54,517 nucleotides of DNA from a candidate division WOR-3 bacterium (GTDB lineage: Bacteria; Hydrothermota; Hydrothermia; LBFQ01). This document shows, piece after piece, positions 47,177 through 54,517 of this stretch (its first letter is position 1; each line of letters starts with the position of its first letter). Under the pieces are notes generated by a model. The model worked only from the letters and a program-made list of their open reading frames with translations, had not been told where the DNA came from and ran no database searches. The stretch spans positions 1 to 54,517 of the forward strand of contig WGFI01000099.1 of the NCBI GenBank assembly GCA_015492295.1, written 5' to 3'. Both the position numbers and the translations under genes were made by a program.

Positions 47177-47843
47177 ATTCTTGGCCTTCTATTTAGCACT
47201 ATGTTTGCTTATTCTCCTCTTTTGGGATACGGGTATCCTCTATCCTTTCCGTATGCTCGCAGTATTCTTTCATGAACTCGGACATCTTACGGTCGCTATA
47301 CTCACAGGTGGAAGGGTAGGGGAATTCGTTCTTAAACCTATGGAAGGCGGGCATGTCCTTTCTTATGGCGGTAATACCTTCTTGGTCGCCTTCATGGGCT
47401 ATCCATCATCAATTCTGGTAGGCGTTATTATATTCTATTTATCAAGTTTGAGAGGTGTTGAGGATTTCCTTACATTGGTTATAGGATTCCTCGTGGGTGC
47501 AATAGGTATGTTGTTCGGTAGGGGAATTTACACGCTTATATTTTCGGTATTCATGAGCATTTTCTTTATAGTATCAGCCCTGTTCTCTCCATCAATCATA
47601 AACGCTATACTCTTACGGGTCGTAGGTTTAACCTCTATTCTCTATACGCCTTATGATATATTCACCGATATTTTCCTGAATTCGGGATGGTCGGATGCCC
47701 AACTCTTGGCGGGAATCACTAAGATAGGGCCTACGATATGGGGGATCGTCTGGCTTGCTTTATCAATCTTCATGTTGCTTTTCTTGGTTTTTTGGGTTTC
47801 GGTGAAGGATGAGGAGGAGATCACATCACGAGGTTTATTATGA
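47154..47843 (+). CDS. M50B-like membrane metallopeptidase
   Basis: HELGH, GY, SDA..LA; multiple TMs. Confidence 0.85.
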   Translation: MKVLIRNRFLAFYLALCLLILLFWDTGILYPFRMLAVFFHELGHLTVAILTGGRVGEFVLKPMEGGHVLSYGGNTFLVAFMGYPSSILVGVIIFYLSSLRGVEDFLTLVIGFLVGAIGMLFGRGIYTLIFSVFMSIFFIVSALFSPSIINAILLRVVGLTSILYTPYDIFTDIFLNSGWSDAQLLAGITKIGPTIWGIVWLALSIFMLLFLVFWVSVKDEEEITSRGLL

Positions 47844-48603
47844 ATTTCCCGGCTTTGAGGATGTAGGATGCCCACTTTTTGAGTTTATGGACCTTCTCAA
47901 CATCCTTCTTTTTAACTATTATATCGCAACCTTTCGTTTGTGCCGCTTCTATGACTATTCTCCCTCCTGGTAGAGTTTGAACCTTACCTTTCACATACTT
48001 TATGGCTTTACTCCACATATCCTTTGCGACCTGATGCTCCGCAGCGTCAAACAGGACATTCCCATTCTCATCCAGAATCCTCGGATACATACAGGCCTTC
48101 ATTCCCTCGGGAGTTTTCACTATAACGCTGCCGTCAAACGGTTCCTCCTTAGGCATACTGACCACAGGTTTTTTGGCTGGCAAATTTTTCGCGAGTTCAT
48201 CCAGCCTCATCTCAACCCATACCTCAACACGACCATCTTTGTAATACTTTGGTTTCCCTATTACACGAGCGTTCTTAACGAGACCTTGAACCCTCTGTAC
48301 TATAATATCGCTTGAAGTCATATAATCCTCAACCACGGTTTCGGATGTTATATGAACACCTTTGACTATTTCAAGTAGGTTTCTGCGAGCATCAACCACT
48401 GCCGCCCTTTCAGCCAGGAGTCTGGCCTGACCTTTCGGTTTCTTGGGATCCATGAAACCGTATCCTTTGGCTCGTATGAATCCGTTGGTCCAGTCTATCT
48501 CACCTTTATCGTATATCTCCTTTACGGTCGTGTCCCTTATGCTCTTTTCTTTTTTACCCGGTTGCACAGCAGGCTTTTGCGCTAATATAACTATCCACAT
48601 CAT
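47821..48603 (-). CDS. LPP20-domain exported protein
   Basis: IDW..G.I.A.G.G, A.RAA.VDARRNL.E.V.G. Confidence 0.7.
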   Translation of the reverse strand: MMWIVILAQKPAVQPGKKEKSIRDTTVKEIYDKGEIDWTNGFIRAKGYGFMDPKKPKGQARLLAERAAVVDARRNLLEIVKGVHITSETVVEDYMTSSDIIVQRVQGLVKNARVIGKPKYYKDGRVEVWVEMRLDELAKNLPAKKPVVSMPKEEPFDGSVIVKTPEGMKACMYPRILDENGNVLFDAAEHQVAKDMWSKAIKYVKGKVQTLPGGRIVIEAAQTKGCDIIVKKKDVEKVHKLKKWASYILKAGKFIINLVM

Positions 48604-48611
48604 ACTTGGAA

Positions 48612-48640
48612 ATTCTAAGGTTGTTTCTCTCGTTTGTCAA
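48612..48640 (-). promoter_or_regulatory. Canonical sigma70 promoter TTGACA-17nt-TAGAAT, leaderless
   Basis: Perfect -35, 17-nt spacer ending in CAACCT, -10 located 8 nt before ATG 48603. Confidence 0.85.
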
Positions 48641-48645
48641 GTGGG

Positions 48646-49776
48646 TTATTTGACAATGACTTTTAGATGGGCACCTTTTATGGATATGATATACACACCT
48701 TTTGGAAGGCGGAATTTTCTTTCTCCCTTTACATATCCTTCTTCCACCAAAGCGCCAGATAGGTTGTAAATTTTCACTTCTCCTTCGTAGTTCTTAACAA
48801 TCACATACTCTCCATCGTAATACGCTTTCGGATTCCTTATAATGTTCTTCTCCTCAACTCCAAGTTCATCTTCACCAACCAATGGACATGTGCCGCATAG
48901 CGCCCTTGCGGTTATAAGATCGCCATAGCTTCCACCGCCAACATAGCAATACTCAACTGTGGCCGTTCCATAAGGAGGTAGATTTCCTATGTACCAATCA
49001 AGCAGACAGTATCCATCCCCTGTGTAAGATGAAGGGTAATCTATTGACGAAGTATATGCGTCATAATTGTCCCATGCGTAAAGCTCATAGATGCTTACCG
49101 GCGTTATTCCTGTAAGTCCGGCATAATGCGCCCAGTCGTTTGCGACAGCGTAGCACATGTCGTTTGCACCATCCCAGTAGAAATAGTTGCTTGAGAAGTA
49201 CCCCGGATTCATATCCCAATCTATGAATCTCTTAAACTTCACACCCGTGAGCGTGGTTGATGTTAGGTTTATTATGGTGGCCCTTCCTCTAAGGGCGCCT
49301 ACGGATGGGCAGTACGAGTACTGCTGATATACTTCTATCGTACCATCCCACAATCTTGTCCTCGTCCACCACTGATACACTGTGGGTCCCCAGGTTGCTG
49401 TACCTGAACCCAGATTACTTAAGTTGAAATAGCTCGCATCCCCATGAGTATAACCGTAACGTGTTCCGTATGTGGTATGTCCCACTCCGAAACCGTTGCA
49501 CATGCATCCCCATCTGTAATGCTCTTGACCGGGAGGATATTGAAACCTATATATCTGTGGATCCATCATCTGCACCATTATTACACCCGATGGAGGGCTG
49601 AAAAGGACAAAAGGTACCCAGGTCTCTCCATCCTGGATGTGAGCCCTCTGCTCATCGCTTAGAGGTGGAAACTCCCCAGCGTATAATAAGGGAGTTATAC
49701 CTGCTATACTGAGTAGCATTAGGGGTTTTATACCCCTTTTTCCTTTTGCGAAGATTTTGAAGTTTAGCATTTTCAT
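48646..49776 (-). CDS. Secreted Cys/aromatic-rich protein with T9SS-type C-terminal domain
   Basis: Long classical signal peptide, SD AGGAGGTG, C-terminal GVEE...IYNLSG.LV...LPKGVYII...KVIV. Confidence 0.8.
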   Translation of the reverse strand: MKMLNFKIFAKGKRGIKPLMLLSIAGITPLLYAGEFPPLSDEQRAHIQDGETWVPFVLFSPPSGVIMVQMMDPQIYRFQYPPGQEHYRWGCMCNGFGVGHTTYGTRYGYTHGDASYFNLSNLGSGTATWGPTVYQWWTRTRLWDGTIEVYQQYSYCPSVGALRGRATIINLTSTTLTGVKFKRFIDWDMNPGYFSSNYFYWDGANDMCYAVANDWAHYAGLTGITPVSIYELYAWDNYDAYTSSIDYPSSYTGDGYCLLDWYIGNLPPYGTATVEYCYVGGGSYGDLITARALCGTCPLVGEDELGVEEKNIIRNPKAYYDGEYVIVKNYEGEVKIYNLSGALVEEGYVKGERKFRLPKGVYIISIKGAHLKVIVK

Positions 49777-49894
49777 AACATCACCTCCTTTTTTGCCATT
49801 ATTTTTAAGCTGTTAAGCTAAGAATATATTATAAAGGGGTAAAAAAGTTTGTGGGGGGTGAGATCCATTCAGACCTCATATGAGCCACCTTTCG

Positions 49895-49906
49895 CAACCT
49901 TATAAT
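49895..49906 (+). promoter_or_regulatory. Putative promoter CAACCT-TATAAT
   Basis: 14 nt before ATG 49921. Confidence 0.6.
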
Positions 49907-49920
49907 AGCGACTTACACCT

Positions 49921-50628
49921 ATGAAGAAAATTGAGATTTTAAAAATTGACGATGGAAAGGTGAAGAGGTGGGAATTGGGAGGTTTTAAATACACTCTGGT
50001 GAAGTTCATAGTGTTGATCTTTGTTATGCTATCCCTCATAGGTCTATTGACGCTTGGTTCCATTTCCTTTTTTATGGTATTCCGAAAGGATAAGCTTTAT
50101 GAATATGTTAAAATCGCAAGTTCCAAGGAAAAACTCAAAAAACTTGAAACGAAATATAAATACTTACAGGAAAGAATGGAACGATTGGAAAGGGTGATCG
50201 TTGGAGATGTTGAATATCCAAACGGTGATGAGAGTGCGGGGTCTTTACCGATATATACGAATCAATGTGATACACCCTGCGCCTTACCTGCGGTTGGGCC
50301 GATCGTAAGGGGGATGCATGGAGATGATCATAGAGGTATAGATATTGATATACCCGAATCAACCTTCGTATTCTCAACGGCTAAGGGTGTGGTATATGAG
50401 GTTTCATATAATGAGAACTACGGGAAATATGTTATAATCAAACACTCAAAAGGATACAAAACCCTATACGCTCATCTATCAAAAGTCTTCGTCAAGAAAG
50501 GTGATAGTATAAAAACCGGTCAGATCATCGGATTGTCTGGGAAAACGGGGAAAACCACGGGCCCTCACCTGCATTACGAGGTATATAAGCATAAAAAGAT
50601 CTTGGATCCGGTGATGTTTGTTCAATGA
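49921..50628 (+). CDS. M23 family metallopeptidase
   Basis: TM + coiled coil; HRGID, YAHL, GPHLHYEV. Confidence 0.92.
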   Translation: MKKIEILKIDDGKVKRWELGGFKYTLVKFIVLIFVMLSLIGLLTLGSISFFMVFRKDKLYEYVKIASSKEKLKKLETKYKYLQERMERLERVIVGDVEYPNGDESAGSLPIYTNQCDTPCALPAVGPIVRGMHGDDHRGIDIDIPESTFVFSTAKGVVYEVSYNENYGKYVIIKHSKGYKTLYAHLSKVFVKKGDSIKTGQIIGLSGKTGKTTGPHLHYEVYKHKKILDPVMFVQ

Positions 50629-51458
50629 ATATACCAACGGAAATAATTCAGGACTTTGAGATAAATGTCAAAAAAGTCGTTGATGGATTGCTCGCTGGAA
50701 AATTCAGAAGTAGAAACTTAGGCGGTTCCCCGGAGTTTGCCGGTCACAGGCCCTATGTTGAGGGGGACGATATAAGGAGAATAGATTGGAGAGTATTTGC
50801 AAGAAAACAAAGGTTATATACGAAGCTCTTCACCAGTGAAACCGAGGCCCCGCTCATTTTGATTTACGATGATAGCCCATCAATGAAACTGTGGAACAAA
50901 GATAGAACATCCTCTCTGATCGCGGGAATGCTCTTTTATGTATCAAATAAGATGAACGCCCGATTCGGATTATTCACACTTTCGGGAATATATGTTCCCC
51001 TTGATAAAGGTTATTCCCACCTTTTAAGGTGCTATTATACACTTCAAAATAGCAGATCTAAGGATTCCGAATTTCTGAAAATCGTACTGACCTTGCTTTC
51101 CAACATAAACAAAAGGATAATATTTGCCGTAATATCCGATTTTGCCTTTGACTATCAAATGATACAGAAAGGATTGAATCTTCTCGCAAAGAATGGGGAT
51201 TTGGTGGTTATTCAGGTTATGAGTGGGGAGGAGTGGAATTTTAAATACGACGGCAAGACATTGGTGGATGCTGAGACGAGAGAAAGAATAAGGATTCCTC
51301 CCAACAGCAGGGATATGCAGAGGGAGAGGATAAGAAACTGGGCAAAAGGTGTAAGAAACTTGACTTTTCAGGTTGGAGGAAGATACGGTCTGATATTTTC
51401 GGATGCACCTTTTCACAAGGAAGCTCTAAAAGTTATGGAAATTATGGAGGTAGTTTGA
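50625..51458 (+). CDS. DUF58 (MoxR-associated vWA-like) protein
   Basis: EFAGHRPY..GDD.RRIDW...AR, D.S.SM, ISDF. Confidence 0.9.
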   Translation: MNIPTEIIQDFEINVKKVVDGLLAGKFRSRNLGGSPEFAGHRPYVEGDDIRRIDWRVFARKQRLYTKLFTSETEAPLILIYDDSPSMKLWNKDRTSSLIAGMLFYVSNKMNARFGLFTLSGIYVPLDKGYSHLLRCYYTLQNSRSKDSEFLKIVLTLLSNINKRIIFAVISDFAFDYQMIQKGLNLLAKNGDLVVIQVMSGEEWNFKYDGKTLVDAETRERIRIPPNSRDMQRERIRNWAKGVRNLTFQVGGRYGLIFSDAPFHKEALKVMEIMEVV

Positions 51459-52023
51459 AACTATCACCGAAACCCAAGGGCTTATGGGATGTGATTATGA
51501 AAGCCTTCCCTTTGTTTGCAAGATTGATTATAATCTCATGAAGTATTTCCTTTGAAACCTCATCAAGATGAGAAAAAGGTTCATCCAGCGCTATTATAGG
51601 TGCGGATGAGGATAGGGCTCTTATGAGTTGAACCTTTCTGTTCTGACCCGTTGATATTTCCCTTAGGGTCTTATCCATTATATCAGAAATCCTAAAAATT
51701 TCTACCAAATCCTCCCATATAGGCGAAGGGGAGATCTCAAAGTACCTTTTTATTGTTATATCGCTTCTTATAACCTCAGCGAATGCTATGGAAATGTATC
51801 TTATCCTTTCAATAGGCGCAAGATCCAATATATTCCTTGAACACACCCTTATCTCACCGCGCAAGGTGGATATTCCAAGGAAGGCTTTCAACAATGTAGT
51901 CTTACCGACACCATTTTCACCGTAAATGTTCAATATTTCACCCGAACCGACGCTGAAAGATATACTTTTCAATATGGGTTTTCCATACCCTATATCACAA
52001 TCCTTTACCTCTAACACTTTCAT
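51442..52023 (-). CDS. ABC transporter ATP-binding protein
   Basis: GENGVGKTT, STGQ, LDEPF, ITSH. Confidence 0.85.
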   Translation of the reverse strand: MKVLEVKDCDIGYGKPILKSISFSVGSGEILNIYGENGVGKTTLLKAFLGISTLRGEIRVCSRNILDLAPIERIRYISIAFAEVIRSDITIKRYFEISPSPIWEDLVEIFRISDIMDKTLREISTGQNRKVQLIRALSSSAPIIALDEPFSHLDEVSKEILHEIIINLANKGKAFIITSHKPLGFGDSFKLPP

Positions 52024-53143
52024 ACTTTTCCATCAAATAGAAATAATACTCCTCAACCTGCCTCGCTATGTTTTCCCAGGAGAATCGTCTCGCCGTATTC
52101 AATCCACCCTCTATTAGCTTACAGCGTAAGGATTCATCGGTCAATACCTTTACAACTTTGTTAGCCAGATCTATCGCACTCTCCGGATCGCATAACAATC
52201 CATTCTCACCGTCCTTTACGACATATCTATAACCCTCATTATTTGAAGCCACAACGGGTATTCCAGAGGCCATAGCTTCCAAAAGCACCATACCGAAGCT
52301 TTCGGATTTGGTTGCGGGTGAAACGAACACGCTGGCGGAAGCATAATATCTCGGTAAAATCTTACCATCAACCGATCCTTCAAATAGAACCCTGTCCTTT
52401 ATCTCATCGGGTACGAGCGATTTGTAGTACCTGAGTAGAGGGCCGGAACCCACTATTACGAGCCTCGCATCCGGAACCTTTGATAGTATCATCGGCATGG
52501 CTTCTATTATGAATCTCAATCCCTTACGAGGCTCCGGCCTTCCAACGAAAAGGATATTTCTATACCCTGAGAGATGTTTAAGCGGTTTATTCGTGGGTTT
52601 AAACCTATCTATATCAACTCCGTTGGGTATGATCCTGTAATCTATTTCCCCAAAATATTTAATTATAGGTTCTATGGCAGCGGGTGAAACCGCTATAAAG
52701 CCGTCCAGCATGGAGAAGTATCCTTTAATATAAGGCTTAAAGGTCTTTGCCAGTATGTTTCTCTTATAAGCCGCATGAAAAGTTATAACATTTATGCTAT
52801 TGGAGAATTTCAAGGATAGGAGGGGGAGTATAGGGGCGACCTGTCCATGAATATGGATAATATCGTATCTCCCTTTTCTTATTATGTTCTTTACATAGAA
52901 GTTCAATCGGGGTGAAAACGCCACTGGGGCTATTGATCCGTTGGCGGGTATCTTTATAGGAAATCCCACCCTAAAAACCCAAGGAGGTTCATCAAATTCT
53001 AGCTTCTCTTTAAAATTGGTGGTCAATATATAGGTTTCCCAACCCAACTTCCTTAGTGTTTTTGACAATTGATGCACATGCTCGGATATTCCACCCGGAT
53101 AAGGATAATAAACATCGCTGACGAATAAAACCTTACCCTTCAT
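51995..53143 (-). CDS. Glycosyltransferase family 4 (PimA-like)
   Basis: GGI..H, PNGVD, VGR.EPRKG, ESFGMVLLEAMA. Confidence 0.92.
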   Translation of the reverse strand: MKGKVLFVSDVYYPYPGGISEHVHQLSKTLRKLGWETYILTTNFKEKLEFDEPPWVFRVGFPIKIPANGSIAPVAFSPRLNFYVKNIIRKGRYDIIHIHGQVAPILPLLSLKFSNSINVITFHAAYKRNILAKTFKPYIKGYFSMLDGFIAVSPAAIEPIIKYFGEIDYRIIPNGVDIDRFKPTNKPLKHLSGYRNILFVGRPEPRKGLRFIIEAMPMILSKVPDARLVIVGSGPLLRYYKSLVPDEIKDRVLFEGSVDGKILPRYYASASVFVSPATKSESFGMVLLEAMASGIPVVASNNEGYRYVVKDGENGLLCDPESAIDLANKVVKVLTDESLRCKLIEGGLNTARRFSWENIARQVEEYYFYLMEKYESVRGKGL

Positions 53144-54213
53144 AATCCCACATCCTTTCGGATCTGTTCAAACATCCTACCAAAATCGGTATCCCTCAAT
53201 CTATCCCAGATCATGAATGTGGCAAGCATAAATAGGAAGCTGAGAGTCATTATTGAAAATGTGAGTATGGTGGGAACAACCCTCTTTGGCCAAACCTTCT
53301 TCTCTCTACCCAACGGTTCGGATGCCGGTTGAAGGAAAGGATTATCCTTCTTCTCAAGTAATTTGGCCTTTTCATATTCTTGATATAGGGTCGCATATAC
53401 CGTGGATAGAATCATAAGTCTCGCCCTATACTCATACGCCTTCCTTATGTTATAGGGGAGCTTCTGGAATTTTGATTTAAGATTTCCCATAAGGGCATTG
53501 AGTTCATTTCTCACTATCTTAACATCAGGTATATTCTCGGAGAATACAGATTTCAGTGTCGTCAATTGAACCTCCTTTTCAACGATCTTCGCTATGAGTT
53601 CTCCCACCGCCGGTCCCATAATATCCTCAGCAGCAGGAACGAGTATGTTTTCCCTCTTTTCAAATGCGACTATACTGTCCTGCAAGAGTTTTAAGGAATC
53701 TTCAACCTCCTTCAATCTATTTTCAAGGAACCTTCTAAGCTCCCTACCCTTAGCGTTTAATGTTAGATTGGCCTTATAATTCAGGAAATATACATACTTA
53801 TTCACCAAATCCTTCGCCCTCTCTTTATCAATATCCCTGACTTTTAGTATAAAAGAACCGCTGGGTAGGGGCTCGAGTTTGAATCTTCCATCCATAGCTT
53901 CGACAGCGTCATCTATTTTCTTGGTTTCGAAAATGGGCATAAGATTGTACTTCTCTATGAACTCCCTCTTAAAGTTGTACGATGTTGCAATATCAACGAA
54001 TATTTGGGCGGGTGAGGACATGGCTCCTCTTGTCAATTGGAATATTAGCATGGCTTGGGATTGCAATTCACTCAACTCCTCAATTGATGGTACGAGTATA
54101 ACGGCCCTTTCATAAACGGGCTTAACTATGAACGAGGATACGAGGAGAGTTATTAAGGTTCCAGCGGTTGTAGTATAGTATATCCAGCGAACCTTTTTGA
54201 AAAGTTCAAACAT
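53140..54213 (-). CDS. Wzz/GumC-like polysaccharide chain-length regulator
   Basis: Two TMs flanking a coiled-coil domain; P....WPKR before TM2. Confidence 0.8.
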   Translation of the reverse strand: MFELFKKVRWIYYTTTAGTLITLLVSSFIVKPVYERAVILVPSIEELSELQSQAMLIFQLTRGAMSSPAQIFVDIATSYNFKREFIEKYNLMPIFETKKIDDAVEAMDGRFKLEPLPSGSFILKVRDIDKERAKDLVNKYVYFLNYKANLTLNAKGRELRRFLENRLKEVEDSLKLLQDSIVAFEKRENILVPAAEDIMGPAVGELIAKIVEKEVQLTTLKSVFSENIPDVKIVRNELNALMGNLKSKFQKLPYNIRKAYEYRARLMILSTVYATLYQEYEKAKLLEKKDNPFLQPASEPLGREKKVWPKRVVPTILTFSIMTLSFLFMLATFMIWDRLRDTDFGRMFEQIRKDVGL

Positions 54214-54215
54214 AC

Positions 54216-54517
54216 CTATATCTTAAAATCCTTTGATGTCAGACCCAGATTTATCTTTATGTTCTTAAATTTAACCATCCTGACCTTCTTTCCATCCTGG
54301 GTATAGTCTATGATCAGGAGGGGTAGAAGCCTATCGGCATCAATCCAATATTTGGAATAGGTTGCGCCGTAATTCTTCTCGGGATCCAAAGGAACTTTTA
54401 TAATATAAACCTTCCTTCCCCGTAGAGTGCCTTCCGAAAGGAACTCCGCTGAGTTTATCCTTTCAACAAAATAAATTATATGGCTTTCGTAAATCCTATG
54501 ACCAACGGGGGATCTCA
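54216..54517 (-). CDS. LolA-like/outer-membrane lipoprotein-sorting fold protein, C-terminal part
   Basis: Open frame from window end: G.L.GRKVYII...YWIDAD.LLP...F.NIKIN.GL...DF*. Confidence 0.6.
   Translation of the reverse strand, partial: RSPVGHRIYESHIIYFVERINSAEFLSEGTLRGRKVYIIKVPLDPEKNYGATYSKYWIDADRLLPLLIIDYTQDGKKVRMVKFKNIKINLGLTSKDFKI

Noticed and set aside
49828-49880. 16-codon minus-strand ORF (MRSEWISPPTNFFTPL) as a leader peptide, or the region as an ncRNA
   Set aside because: It ends within the downstream -10 box, and I recognise no attenuator or RNA family structure.
1-54517. tRNA, rRNA, riboswitch, prophage or reverse transcriptase/DGR
   Set aside because: Intergenic spaces are nearly all under 60 nt, and I recognised no such motifs or hallmark genes by eye.

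Overview
A 54.5 kb gene-dense bacterial chromosome segment. The organism is probably a thermophilic diderm: the proteins are K/E/I/V-rich, and there is an outer-membrane beta-barrel and T9SS-type C-terminal domains. A WOR-3/FCB-related lineage is my inference only. Bases 1-4141 are an accessory island of tandem MNT (minimal nucleotidyltransferase) and HEPN toxin-antitoxin-like cassettes, five of each, with near-identical junctions, divergent cores, some decay, and interleaved TPR genes. The rest is mostly housekeeping genes in scrambled order, often apart from their usual operon partners: prmC, nadA, trmFO, mutS2, slyD, sufS, pyrG, nuoC, rpmI, hsp20-lon-priA, mscS, tilS, polX, mrdA, korB, mutS, a GT4 and a Wzz-like gene. 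Also present are an ABC ATPase-roadblock-PP2C-Ser/Thr kinase module, an orphan McrB-like AAA+ protein, a decayed IS630 inside a DUF2207 gene, and two T9SS-CTD proteins. Two window-wide signals stand out. First, a recurrent promoter-like motif CRNCYT-TADAAT sits 7-10 nt before many start codons, implying leaderless transcription with an unusual extended -10. Second, exported proteins carry ultra-short, charge-free N-terminal signal peptides. I saw no rRNA, tRNA or CRISPR array. All family calls come from motif recognition by eye, not database searches.
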